From assembly GCF_026571515.1 (NCBI RefSeq), contig NW_026859889.1:1-64000 (forward strand): 64,000 nt of DNA, given 5' to 3'. The notes beneath the pieces are model-generated. The model worked only from the letters and a program-made list of their open reading frames with translations. It had not been told where the DNA came from and ran no database searches. Origin of the DNA: Ruditapes philippinarum (lineage: Eukaryota). How positions within the stretch are numbered: the first letter of the stretch is position 1; each line of letters begins with the position of its first letter. The position numbers were made by a program, and so were the translations under genes. Of the stretch, positions 11,276 to 23,819 are shown in pieces.

Positions 11276-13470
11276 AATCAAAGCACAGAAGGCGCTGAAT
11301 TTGTTTGGGTCTCAGAATGTTAGAAAGGTGAAGGTTGTGAGATTATAAAACAATTTGTTTTTGTATAGTGCCACCAATGCTTTCCAGCGTCTTAATTGTA
11401 GTAGATTGGCTATAAGACTAATTGCAACAAATTTAAACAATTTGAAAAAAAATGAGTTGCCTTAACTGGGATTTGAACTCCAGACCTCTTGTTTCCTAAG
11501 CGAGCGCGCAAACCCCTCGGTCACGGTTGATTTACATGTTAATGGCCTGAAGAAAACCATATTATTCTAGTTAGGGTTTGTAACGACGCTAACTGCAGTG
11601 GTTTAACACTTGTGTAAATAATCATGGCGCTTACTATAAGCATGTATATCTATCTATAAAGAATAAAACAATATTAGAAATCTTCGACCATTCGGGAATT
11701 ATTTTGCTTGAAAATAAATCCGCCTGTCATGTGACCATATTTACGCAGTGATCTCCCCTAAATTTTTCGGACTAAGTGTTACATATAAAGGGAAGTAACC
11801 GCTTCAAAAAAAGTTGACTACTTTCGGCACTTGAAATTAACAGCATTAGAGTCTGAAATTTCGCTACCATTATTTGTTTGGTCTGACGACCAAAAACAAA
11901 TAAAAACAGAAGAAATCAAAACATAAAGTTGTTTTTTTACTTTTATTATTTTTTTTATAGAAATTTACAGAGATGCATATGCATGACAAAATATCATACT
12001 CTACATTTTCTAAAACTAACATAATCAAAGCACAGAAGGCGCTGAATTTGTTTGGGTCTCAGAGTGTAAGAAAGGTACAGGTTGTGAGATTATATGTATA
12101 GTGCCACCAATGCTTTCCAGCGTTTTAATTGTAGTAAATTGGCTATAAGACTAATTGCAACACTGATATTCAATCCAATGTTTATTTGACTTAAACAATT
12201 TGAAAAAAAAATTAGTTGCCTTTACTGGGATTTGAACTCCAGACCTCTCGCTTCCTAAGCGAGCGCGAAAACCCTTTAGCCACGGTGAATTTATATGTGG
12301 ACGGCCTTAAGAAAACCATATTATTCTAAATTAGGGCGTGTAACGACTTTAACTGTTGTTTAACACAGATGTAAATAATCCTGGAGCTTACTATTAGCAT
12401 GTATATTTATAAAGAATCAAAGGGCTGCAAGTTCTCTGGTATTTTCTGATCTTTGCAATCTAATACGTACTGTATATCTGTATGCATTTTCCTGTATAAG
12501 TTTATTTTTATGTATTATAATTCATTTTGCAAGGCACCAGAGTTTGATACATACGGAATTCTGCATAACTAGAGTTGCATCAAAATATCATTTATGTTCA
12601 TTTTTTACGACAGCTACACTTTATCCTTGCATACCATGGCTACTTCACTTAAGACACTTAAAAAAGAATTAAAAAAAAAGTTTCCTCGACTGGGATTTGA
12701 ACTCCAGACCTCTCACTCACTAAGCGAGCGCGTTACCCCTGCACCACGGAGAAGTTATTCAACAATGTCTGAAAACATCAAGTCATTCTAAATTTAGAAC
12801 TTCCATTGCATTTCGGGTTTGTAATCCTTATTAATTTCGAGGTATTTTGTTCAGGATAAACCTGTTGTTTAAAATTGAAGTAAATAATTTAGCGAAAATC
12901 TTCTCGCCCAAACAGTCCGACATGTAGAATCTATATATTCCACTACTCGGTTTGTGTAGTATTCGGTAATCGACATCGCTAAAAATAGTATTTTCATTGA
13001 TAAAATCATATTCATCCGCGTAATTTGTGATTGTGCATTTATTGACAATTCTATAAGCCAACGCTATTTCTAAACTTTGAGTTGGATACTTGTAACAAAA
13101 TAAAAATATTTCTTTCTTTTAAATCGCTAGTTTTAAGCTGTTTTGAGAACTACTTGTTGTTAGGTTTGTCGTAAACTTCTGTGTCAGAGATTGAATGTCC
13201 GCTTTGTATTTACTTATTTTCGATCAGAAAATACAATAAAACAATATTAGAAATCTTCGACCATTCGGGAATTATTTTGCTTGAAAATTAATGTGCCTGT
13301 CTTTGACCATCTTTACGCAGTGATCTCTCCTGAATTTTTCGGCGTTAGTGTACATATAAAGGGAAGTAACCGCTTCAATAAAGTGGACTACTTTCGGCAT
13401 TTGCAATTAACAGCATTAGACTCTGAAATTTCGCTACCATTATTTGTTTGGTCTGACGACCCAAACAAAT
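11276..13470. repeat. Local block duplications carrying three tRNA-derived modules
   Basis: The block starting AATCAAAGCACAGAAGGCGCTG occurs at ~11276 and ~12023. The block starting TAAAACAATATTAGAAATCTTCGACC occurs at ~11664 and ~13237. Confidence 0.85.
12682..12753 (-). pseudogene. tRNA-Pro-derived pseudogene/SINE-head module (paralogous copies at ~11457-11528 and ~12217-12288)
   Basis: Minus strand TTCTCCGTGGTGCAGGGGTAACGCGCTCGCTTAGTGAGTGAGAGGTCTGGAGTTCAAATCCCAGTCGAGGAA, followed by a T-run. A box, B box (GTTCAAATCC) and anticodon arm CTCGC-TTAG(G/T)NA-G(C/T)GAG resemble eukaryotic tRNA-Pro(AGG). The T-stem is distorted. Confidence 0.7.
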
Positions 13471-14022
13471 AATTATAACTATAACTTTTTGTTAATGGTT
13501 TTTGTTGTTTGTTTGTTGTCTTTTCTTTTTCGTGTATTTACTACGTGTAATACTGATAAAATGTATTCTTTCGTTAATGCCTTTTACCCTATGCAGAATG
13601 CGCATGTGCGAAATGCTATTTCACTTTGTCTGTCGGAGAGGATTTGAGTAGAATTAAGTGTGAAGTGGAAACTTCAGGCATCACACTTCTTAATATATTA
13701 ATCACATGGTTTAACTGTTAAAAATTTACGTCTCAATAATTTACACCAGTAAAGTGGTCCTACTGGAATAGCTTACAAAATAGCAAGTGATGTGCTGTGC
13801 CAACTCATCGTGCCGTACAATATAAAGTTTTGTTTTCAGTTTAATTAAGTACAAAAGACATTTTACCCTATAAGGGACATGACTTGAACACAGTTGTTTA
13901 GAGGTCTAGCGACTTGGGTTACAAATGCAAACATCAGTTTATATAGAGCCATAAAAAAGCTTTTTAACTAATGATATAAACTATAGATATATGAACACTT
14001 TATGTAGCTTTTGTAATTCGTG

Positions 14023-15462
14023 TCATTCTTTTCTTAAACATCTAGAAAATGAAGTATGTACATGATTTCTTGCAAAATAACACAATAATAACGATATTAG
14101 AAATAAAACGGGTAGACTTATTATTAAAACAACATTGTAGTTGAATTGTGTAGTTATTGATTGTATATCTGATGGTTCCCAACAGGTTTCTTCGTGTATA
14201 TAAGTCACGTGGTCAGCGTACATTCTTCTATTTCTATTCAGGTTGTTAAGTTTTTCACACATACTACAGTAGCCCGTTGTCATTGTAAACAATTCATGGG
14301 CAAAATATTTGTCTTTCCTTCTCAAAAAGTCCGTGTAAAGGGTTTTCGATGAACCCACTTTATGTAAGAACTTAACCAATGCTCGTGCAGTAGTAAAGTG
14401 GGCGGAGTTGATAAAAGTGTCATTTGGAAGGGCGTGGTCATAATCCGCTCCGCCTCTGGTCACCAATATAACATTAAGATTATAATACCGGAAGAACTTC
14501 TCTGTTATGTAATCTTGGCATAAACTGTTTTCAAAACTCAGGTAGAACTGATACTCCTGGTCAATAAGTTTAGTCATGTCACCTCTGTTATGAAATACAT
14601 TATCAGAACAGACACCAAATATGTCAACCTCCAAGCCACTCCTCTTCAACTCCGACACGAAATCATCCCTCCTACTTGGTGCCCCGCAATTACTCACTAA
14701 CCAAGCAGCTTGTTTGGTCTTTAGATGATATATTGCACTATAATCTTTTATTGGAACCTCTTTTCTCTCTTCAAGCATTCCATATGGAAAAAATATGTCC
14801 GAATCCAAACGATAAGACATGGACCAATTCATAGTATCCATCCAACTGTTGTGTCGGTAGTTTATTAATTTGTGATTTACTGGCGATTCTAAACCGAAAA
14901 ATATCCAAACTTGATCACCATTTCTTTCATTTTTTACCACAGGGGGTATGATGTCTAATTGTTGTGTTAATGTAAACACCACGGCTCCATACTTTTGAAT
15001 ATCTGATTTGTCGTCTGACATTCTACAATTTCTGTAAATGCAATCAGATGGCAAAACACGATTTGCAAAACTAAGATCTATCCATGCAGGTTTATTGTAC
15101 CACAGAATGTTAACTTTGCGATTTTCCTTCTCAGTTTCTTTATTACTATCTACATCAATTCTTGTATTGTTGTCAGAAAACTGCATTACCGTGTCTGCAA
15201 ATTTCCCAGATTTTTTCTTTACTTGCACACCTTCAAACACGTTTATTAATCGTCTGCGGCTTTGTTTTTCAACTTCCGGTTTAGAAATGTTACTATTCCG
15301 TATAAAATTCTTGACATTTTCGAATGAATATGACAATGCCGTCGGCATCAACCAATATCCTTTCATATTAAACTGAATATTCACGAAGACGACACAAATT
15401 ATTCCTACAATTACTAACAGAAAACAAATCTTACGCACAAATGTAATAAAACCAGTCTTCAT
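14023..15462 (-). CDS. Alpha-(1,3)-fucosyltransferase (GT10), 479 aa, single coding exon
   Basis: Type II N-terminal TM (ICFLLVIVGIICVVFVNI). GT10 motifs FGLESP, MNWSMSYRLDSDIFFPYG, AAWLVSNC and FYLSFENSLCQDYITEKF. Extra C-terminal hydrophobic stretch. Confidence 0.95.
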   Translation of the reverse strand: MKTGFITFVRKICFLLVIVGIICVVFVNIQFNMKGYWLMPTALSYSFENVKNFIRNSNISKPEVEKQSRRRLINVFEGVQVKKKSGKFADTVMQFSDNNTRIDVDSNKETEKENRKVNILWYNKPAWIDLSFANRVLPSDCIYRNCRMSDDKSDIQKYGAVVFTLTQQLDIIPPVVKNERNGDQVWIFFGLESPVNHKLINYRHNSWMDTMNWSMSYRLDSDIFFPYGMLEERKEVPIKDYSAIYHLKTKQAAWLVSNCGAPSRRDDFVSELKRSGLEVDIFGVCSDNVFHNRGDMTKLIDQEYQFYLSFENSLCQDYITEKFFRYYNLNVILVTRGGADYDHALPNDTFINSAHFTTARALVKFLHKVGSSKTLYTDFLRRKDKYFAHELFTMTTGYCSMCEKLNNLNRNRRMYADHVTYIHEETCWEPSDIQSITTQFNYNVVLIISLPVLFLISLLLCYFARNHVHTSFSRCLRKE

Positions 15463-15995
15463 AATCTTTGTTCAGAAAATGTATGAGTATGAAATAAAAA
15501 TCGTATCGTGACATAGTGAACCGTCGTATCTTTTCTACGGAATACGTGTCGTGGTAAACCAAATATCGTCAAACCTACACAAGTCAAAACGAAATTTATA
15601 GTTTTTCAAATCGTACGAACATTTTGGCATTTCTATAAACATATTTTTAAAGAGTTTTCCATGTAAAAATACATGAATTTATTTGACATATAAAGGAATG
15701 GCAACGATTATAGCGTAGTCACGTATCAATCGAACAAGATAGCAATACCACAAAAAGGCTTCCGTACATTAATGAGATAAGGTGTCCAGGTTTTAAGGCG
15801 AAGTGACCTTATTACGACTTGTTAACGTCTACCTCTATCGCTTAAAGGGAAATATACACAAAGTGGTAACATCCTTAATATATGGCCACTTATTATTAAA
15901 TATACGCTTAAAACTAAATCACATAAACAAATTAACCTATTATCGTTTGAAGAAAAATAAATGAATTGTATTTGATTCTGAAGAAAATTATTAAT

Positions 15996-16175
15996 NNNNN
16001 NNNNNNNNNNNNNNNNNNNNNNNNNNNNNNNNNNNNNNNNNNNNNNNNNNNNNNNNNNNNNNNNNNNNNNNNNNNNNNNNNNNNNNNNNNNNNNNNNNNN
16101 NNNNNNNNNNNNNNNNNNNNNNNNNNNNNNNNNNNNNNNNNNNNNNNNNNNNNNNNNNNNNNNNNNNNNNNNNNN
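15996..16175. other. Assembly gap (180 N)
   Basis: Run of N characters. Confidence 1.
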
Positions 16176-16242
16176 AGACACCAAAAAAATAAAAGGATTT
16201 TGAGGAATAAAAATAATAGCATTTTTGAGGCATAATGGGCCT
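16176..16242. mobile_element. Terminus of a Kolobok-like TTAA element truncated by the gap
   Basis: ...GCATTTTTGAGGCATAATGGGCCT|TTAA matches the termini at 23458 and 60299. Confidence 0.65.
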
Positions 16243-16453
16243 TTAAGCATCATATGATATAAACATTAAGTGAATTTTAGAAGCTGAAATGAAATTATTT
16301 CTCACTCTTGCATTATATATACAAAAAGTACTGAAGCAATAAGCTTGATTATTATCTAAAGGAAGAATGTAGATATCATAAGTTGAATGTAAAAATATTA
16401 ATTGTTCATATTAAAACAAACGTTGTTGTCAGTAGGATAACGCTCACAATATT

Positions 16454-16690
16454 TGAGCCGCGTCACGACAAAACCAACATAGTGCGTTTAAGACCAGCAT
16501 GGATCCAGACCAGCCTGCGCGTCTGCGCAGTCTGATCAGGATCCATGCTGTTCGCTAACCAACCCTATTACAAGTAGAGAAACTGATAGCGAACAGCATG
16601 GATCCTGATCAGACTGCGCGGATGCGCAGGCTGGTCTGGATCCATGCTGGTCGCAAACCCACTATGTTGGTTTTGTCGTGACGCGGCTCA
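16454..16690. mobile_element. Palindromic MITE (long TIRs), copy 1
   Basis: TGAGCCGCGTCACGACAAAACCAAC...GTTGGTTTTGTCGTGACGCGGCTCA with ~100-bp arms. Near-identical copy at 37425-37660. Confidence 0.9.
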
Positions 16691-17554
16691 TTTTGCAACA
16701 AATCTGCACGGATCTTAAATCAATAGCAGATGAGATTTTATATTTAAGATAGCTTTGCAGACCAATGTACAACTTTATGTCTAACATGACCAGCACACCA
16801 GTGTAATATCAACTGTTGAAATTCACTTATATCTCTTTCCTTAGAAATATTCTCTTAACATTATGTTTAGAAGGACTATATGATATAAATAATAAATTAA
16901 TATCTTTCGGCGTGAAAATCGATAGTTTTACATTCCTCAGGGAACAAAAGTTGTGCTACTCAAGTATAAAGTAAACGGTTTCTTATCTCGGGGGAGTAAC
17001 TGTTACTGATACACTACACTTCTTGCAGCGGTTACTTCCCCTGATCAGTACATTTAGAGGGGTAGATGAGTTTTACCTAGTGTGATATCTTTTAAACATT
17101 AACATCAGTAGAAGGCAGTCACTTTAATACTGACAGGCCACTCCCCTTGACAGTGGAAAAACATAAATATACATTATTCTGCATGCAATGTACGTAATCT
17201 TATACATGTAGTCCACTTCATAAATACCCTATAGCTGTCCATTATGAGTTATTGACGATGAATTTGTAAATTGTTATTAGCCCCTGGGCAACTTAAATAA
17301 AATGAATTAATATTCATCACTTAAAAATCTGAAAGGAATACATAAATATTGCTGGTTCGTGTGTATGATCTTATATAGGTATGCTTGACAATATTGTGTT
17401 GATCACTTATCAATGTTTAAGACTATCCTGTGCCCTGCTGTATTTGATCAGTTTCAACAAAGGTCATTTTTTCACACGTGGTTGGGTCATTAAATAACGG
17501 GAAGGTGTCAATATTCATCAAAATCCTTTAAAATGACCCATGGGTTTGTTTTTT

Positions 17555-18150
17555 GTTATACAGCCGAAAATATCTCGGCGTATATTGTTATGCACCTTGT
17601 TGTCCGTCCGTCCGTCACTTAGCAAGTTTCGTGTCCGATCTTTTTGAACCGGTAGAAGGAAATTGAACCTACTTAGCAGAAATGTTTGCCATAATGAGAC
17701 GATATGCAGAGCGTAGGTTTGATCTTTCAATGTCAAGGTCACATTCAAAATCAATATCAAAATTTTGTGTCCGCCCTGTATCTTTTGAACCGATAGAAAG
17801 AAATTAAAATAATTTGGCAGAAATATTACTTCTATTAAGACGGTGTGCAGAACACAAGTTCGGGCTTCCTAATTTCAAAATTGACCCAGCCCTAGGGATT
17901 TATAGATTTATATAGATTTATATAGGAGTTTTCGTGTCCGGTCTGCATCTTTTGAACCAAAGAAGGAAATTGGAACTACTTGGCAGAAATGTTAACCATA
18001 CTTAGAAGAATGTGCAGAGCAAAGATTTGACCTTCCTCAGGTCAAGGTCAATGTCACACGTAGTCATTTTCTATCAATTTCAAAATTCTGTGCCCGCTCT
18101 TTTTCTTTAAAAGCGATAGTAGGACATTAAATCTATTCGGCAGAAATTTT
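17555..18150 (+). mobile_element. Degenerate HINE-like element with (GTCC)n and ~145-165 bp internal repeats
   Basis: GTCCGTCCGTCCGTC microsatellite near the 5' end, recurring TTTCGTGTCCG...TCTTTTGAACC...TTGGCAGAAAT and TCAAGGTCA motifs. The 3' boundary is uncertain. Confidence 0.6.
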
Positions 18151-19746
18151 GTTGTTGTTTTTTGTGGGTTGGGGTTGTTGTTATTGTTGTTGTCTGGACA
18201 TTACTTTTTTCAAAACAAAATCTTGGGATATCAGTTAGAAACTTCATAGGTGGATGTTTGTTTTTTCCTTCTTTTTTCATACTTAATTTTTGTGGTATTT
18301 CTCAAAAAGTATCGGAAGCTTCATATATGGATAGATCTAATTAGGGGAAAAAATGCAGCGCTTAAGAACCTGTCTTTCTTTTGCATAATTTGGAGTTATT
18401 GCCGTATGTAATTTTTTCATACCTATTTTTGCCACAGAGCATAATTTTGGGTCAATATTTGGTAACTAAATGGATAGATTTTTCTAAGGACAAATGCAGT
18501 GCACAGGATCCTTAACTCATTGATGAAAACACTTTTGGTGTTGCTGCTCTTAATTAGTATGTTCAGAACATAACTTGAAGGCTTTAAAGGAATAGGAATG
18601 GATGGATTGATGTATGTCTTATATAAATATTAATCATTTTAAAAGAACTACCATGACATTTTTTCTGTTGAAATCAACCGTATAATTGAGAAATTTGTGT
18701 TTAAAGACACTATTTTTTACTTGAGAAATAAGTTCATGGGCGCCGCCATTTTGGCGTTCTTTCACTCTCGCGAGACAGACGAGATCGCAATTATGACGTA
18801 TTACACCCACTTACAGTATAGAAGGTGTACACGCTGGTACAACAGAAATATATCTTGATGAAGAACTTATTAATATCAAGTTTTTATTCTAACATTGCCT
18901 TTCCCTTTAAGAGATATCAACATGGAACTTCGGTGGTTTTAATCTTTATTCTGCATTAGATTGAATTCTCGCGGTTTCCCATGTCAAGAGTAGTGGAAAC
19001 AAACGATATTGCTGACCACAGACCAATTTAAGAAGAATGTCGACAGTAAAAATTGCTGTTAACAATAATGCATTAATAGCACATTATAGTACAATGTACA
19101 TTAATGCCAAACAATCATTTAATGTTGAACGAAATATCAACATACACAAATCAGAAATATTTATACTTATACGTTCGTTTCTAAAAATAGAATGATCGTG
19201 CCGCTTTTCTAATGTAAATAAAAGATCGGACCTTTAGATTAGAGGCATCAAGTGGTTTACTTATTGTTTGTTTATTTTATCACCACGTAATTTCATTTCC
19301 CACCTTTATTCTTTTTATTTCGATTTATCTAAAAATAACATATTTAACCTTTAGGAAAGCTGAAGGCCGCTTTGAGTCTGAAGGCATCTGATATAGCAAA
19401 CACATTTCAAAATAAGACAGTTACAAAACTCATAATCGTTCATGATGCAAATCACAGGTGTCATAGCGAGGCTCTATTACGTTTTCTTGAAATCCCATAA
19501 TTTGATAATGGGCACTTCCAAAGACTTCCTAAAATGGAAGCTAGACAAGTCCATTTAAGAAATTCAACAGATAACGGGTTATTTTGGTACGAATGTTACT
19601 TAACTTTGTGGGAATCCCCCTCCCCCTAACCCCCATTCCTTTTAAAAACTGGTTACAAACAAATGACAATAAAACTAACTCATGTTGTTGTTGTTGTTTT
19701 TTAAACATCAGCTTTTAATAGAACTAATTTTATTTTGATTACAGTT

Positions 19747-22700
19747 TTATCTAATGAAAGTTGAAAAAGAAAAGAATTTATATTCGAAGTCTCCCTTGTT
19801 TGCACCATTTTCTTCTACAGTTATCTGTAAATACAAAATAAAACATCACATTATTTGACTACTTTTCTAAAATCTTTCTTCTATAACCAAGATTGTAAGG
19901 TACATACATGTATTGTCATCAGAACATATGTTTTAGTCTTTACTTATATTAAACAAGACATTTAAATACTTGGACTGGTTTTGAATAGCATGATAGTATT
20001 CTAGTTTGCTCAATTCTTATTCTTTGATAATGATTAAAACGAATGACAGCAGTTGTATTACCTTTGTATGTTTCCATAGAAACCGTCATTAGCTATTACT
20101 AAATATTCAAAGAGAGTTTCTATTAAGTGTAAAATCATCTAGAGTTACATATTCGTTACAAAAAAGTTCAAAACATCGTTCATCTGAGTATACAATACTT
20201 ACTTTGCTTAGTTCACAGTGTAGACCACTCTTTTTGTAGATTGTCAAAATACCACACTTGTCATCACCATCATCATCATCATCATCGTCTTCTTTTTCTT
20301 CATTTCCTTCGTCTTAATTTATAGATATACAAACGATTCTGTTCCGTTCTTCTGATACATTTACTTCATGATGCTCTGTAATAACTATTGATTCTATATC
20401 AACAACTGTTTCTTCTCCTTTTATTCTTATGCTTGTCTCATCTGGTATAAAGCCTACATTTGCATAAACTGATTCAATGCTTTTATTTGTTTTATATAAT
20501 TTTAAGTCTATAACTTTGTCATTTGATACTTTGTCTAAGACTACATTATTAGTATGTGGATCATTGTCTAATGCCCTTTCTTTCTCCACAAGATCTATTT
20601 TTCGCAGCTTTGTATCAGCGTTATCAGGAGAATCAGCGTTGATTTCATTTGTCTTTTGTCTACCAATTCTTCCTCCTAATTGTCTAATATCTTTATTACA
20701 ACTGTCGATATTTTGGATATTCACCTTTTCAACTTCTGAAATGAAGGCTTTGTCGTAATGTGCATTTTCTGCGAGTAAGCCATCTCTATCCTTAACAATT
20801 ATAATATTTTTCTCAATGGAGCCGGGCTGCTCTGAAAATGGAATATTATTTCTTGTTTGTGTTCTTGTATTGTTTCTTGTATCAGTCTGTTCCAGAAGTC
20901 TCTTATTGGTTTTTGTTTTTCCGCCTGTTTTGTCAATGCATCTTTACTAAACATCAGAGAGTCTTGCATTGACTTAACAAAATCTGCATCCCATTCCATG
21001 TCGTTTACATAAGTCAAATATGACTCAGTTGTTTGGAATCCAGTATTCAAACAATTCAAATATGCCCGACTAATACGATTACCTACTGCAGTATCAATTA
21101 AAATTGCTAGCATTTCACTTTGATAAGCTTTATCAATTGCTTTGAAAGCTTTTTTATCGTATGAAGTGGCGGCTAATGTTGCATTTAAACTTGATTAATA
21201 GCGTTTATAAAAATTCATGTCAGTATTCAAACTTGTTACAGTTGGGTCTTGAAAATCGTGCTTTGGTTCTGGTAACAAAATATTTCTGGTGTCTGATATA
21301 GAAATCATTTCCAAGACGACATGCATGCTATCAATTATACTGTTCACACCCTCGGATTTAGCCTGTCTTAACAGGAGTCCAGTTTTTGACAATCTTTTTG
21401 CAGGTTTCGATATTGTCTTACCATAAAATGAGTTAACATACCTAAGCAAGTATCTGTCAATATCTTGTCTATTTGAAATGTCTCCAATGAACTTATCTTT
21501 AACTTCGACCAAAGGCTTTCTTTATTCTTCAAGGTTCATTTCTATAGCACCCACATTTCTCGCGTCTCTTTTATAGATTCTTTTCATAAACTTCTGAGTA
21601 GCATGTTTGAATGATGTTTTGATTTCTTTCCAATCTTTAACATCAGGCTTCTCTATAAAGATTCCTTGTCCATTTCCAATACCAATATGTAAAACAACTC
21701 TGTCGAAAGTGGCGCTGATTGGAATAATTACATCATCATTGTTTGGACTTATGAGGATATCTAAAAACAAAAATATGTTTGCTTTATAAAAATGCATGAC
21801 AATGTAAACTCAAATATATCTGAGATTTAAAGTTAATGTGAAGGGTGGATAATCTAAATTCTGAAGAAAGAAACTTTTCATACAAACAAAGAAAAATTAA
21901 ATCACTGAAAATCGCAAATTCGCCTTATGTGCATATGTATAATTGCACTAGTAATGTGTATATACTAATTGTCATGAAGTACGGTCTCGTTGCTCTCCTC
22001 ATCGAAAAATACTTAACTCCCCTCTCTCGAACATCACGCCCTATATAGCTGGTGGATGGGGTACATCGCATTAACACAGTATTAATCATATGGAGACTTT
22101 CCAGCTATACTGGTTGAGGAAGACCTCAGGTGCCCTTCCGTGAAGTATTTCAGGCACTAACTGGTGCCTGAGTAGAAACACCGAAGTGGAAGAATACAAA
22201 GTCCCTGCGGTGAGGGACAAGTGTTTTGAAGTCAATACCACCGGACGTCCCATCTCCTGGGCTATGGCTTATTTACAGCAACCTCAGACAACTACAAATA
22301 CCTTTTCTTTCTTATGACTGTTTACATCAGGTGACCTTCTCCCTACCCCATATCCCAACTCCCACTATTAGAGCAGTTCAATGCAGCCATATATCTAGCA
22401 TATAACATGTCTCAGTTTAGTTTTCCAGTTCCCTAGTTTTACATCCCCCTCCCCTGCCCCCTCCCCAATTTTTTTTCTCGTTTATATCCTCTTTTAAACA
22501 ACTCTTTTAACCTTCTTGCGATTTTTGACATTTAGTATATCAATAACATTATAATAAACTTCATGACAACGGTGCCTATGGGCCTACTACACAGACACAT
22601 ACGGGTATCAAATATTTTCAGCACAATATTTGGATGAAGGTCACTTTTAATTACTTCATTCGTCTTCACCGATCTACTTTACTAGACACTATACAAAGTT

Positions 22701-23219
22701 TTCATTTATTATTTCAGTCTGATATCTGATGTCTCGTTGAATCACTTCTGTGTTGCTCTTGATCGTTTTTCCGGCAATTATACCAGTCTAGTACATTAAA
22801 ATAACTTACACATGACTGATATAAATGTAGAATCTATTCTAAAATGCCAAATCTTAAATTAATCAAAAAAGTCTTTTAAATTAAAAGTCAAGTGTAAAAT
22901 TATTTAACTGATATAAGCTGTGTTGTGGTTTTTTTAATGTTGACAAATTAAATTTGTTATAAATTAGTCATTTGATATTGGCTTTGTGCTATACAAAATG
23001 CAAAATTCGAACCATTTTCATATAATGTTTCATAATCGTAATTTATCAATTTATCTTTCTGACAATTTCATTTCAAAACCCTTGCAACTAGAAGACAATT
23101 AACGTAGGACATAACGCATTATTACAGTTATTTCTAATAATAAATCATAACCCAAATATATTACCTTTAAATATACTTTTCGTTAAACTTTCGGTATTAA
23201 TTCGTTCTTTTTCTTCCAT
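19747..23219 (-). pseudogene. Disabled multi-exon gene of unknown family (~560 codons of recoverable frame)
   Basis: Large exon 21760-20203 (AG acceptor, GTAAGT donor) carries in-frame TAA at 21522, 21195 and 20314 plus a frameshift at ~20800-20850. Terminal exon 19824-19747 (ITVEENGANKGDFEYKFFSFSTFIR*) joins in phase 0. Candidate first exon 23219-23165 (MEEKERINTESLTKSIFK, phase 1) is phase-compatible. Confidence 0.7.
22075..22245 (-). mobile_element. SINE-family fragment (also ~2950-3035, ~33860-34010 on +, ~55140-55330, ~57960-58150)
   Basis: Shared core GGAAGAC-CTCAGGTGCCC...ATTTCAGGCAC...CCTGAGTAGAACCACC...CAAGCTAGCTGGATAGCTT recurs at five or more sites. Confidence 0.65.
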
Positions 23220-23457
23220 AATTTAACTATTTTCTTCCCTGTTTTAAATCTTGCGGCATTGCCTATATTCTCCGACAGACGTTATTCGTTCAACGGCAAG
23301 GTATAATAATACACCAAGTAGCTACAGTGTGTTTTGGACCCCCCCCCCCCCCCCAAAAAAAAAGAAGAAATAAATAAATAAAATAGTTTAACCATTCAAC
23401 TGAAATTGTGAAAAGAAGGCGTTAACACATGAACATTTTTTCTCAAAATGTGATTAA

Positions 23458-23819
23458 AGGGCCCATTATGCCTCAGAAATGCTATCATTTTTATTTCTCA
23501 ATTTTTTTTTTTATTTTTTGTATCTTGTTATAGTTAAAAAAACTAGTTATTTGCTAAATAGATGAACTACCTTTTAATTCTTTTGGTCTGTTGGCAATTG
23601 TAATAATAAAAGTGAATAAGTGTTTTGTATGGAAGTCAAAATACTACTTTGTTTACATTTTGCTACCTTTATGACACATTCCTGCACGCTCAGTGCTACT
23701 TTCTTCAGTTGTTAAACATCTAACACGTTCTTAATTCATAATTAAAACATTATTAAACACATGTTTGACATTTCTAAAGAATTAAGAAATATGGATTTCT
23801 GAAGCATAATATGTGTCCT
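23458..23819 (-). mobile_element. Kolobok-like non-autonomous element (TTAA target)
   Basis: TTAA|AGGGCCCATTATGCCTCAGAAATG...TTTCTGAAGCATAATATGTGTCCT. The interior is the reverse complement of the 59858-60299 copy. Confidence 0.7.

Noticed and set aside
12682-12753. Functional tRNA-Thr(AGT) gene
   Set aside because: The T-stem and acceptor stem are mispaired or bulged, and the body is tRNA-Pro-like. Treated as tRNA-derived.
15822-16253. ORFs spanning the N run
   Set aside because: Artefacts of the assembly gap.
20203-21760. TAA reassignment or programmed readthrough, since all three premature stops are TAA
   Set aside because: The same exon has a frameshift, neighbouring genes (DHX37, IGFBP-like) terminate at TAA, and TAA is the likeliest nonsense mutation in AT-rich DNA.
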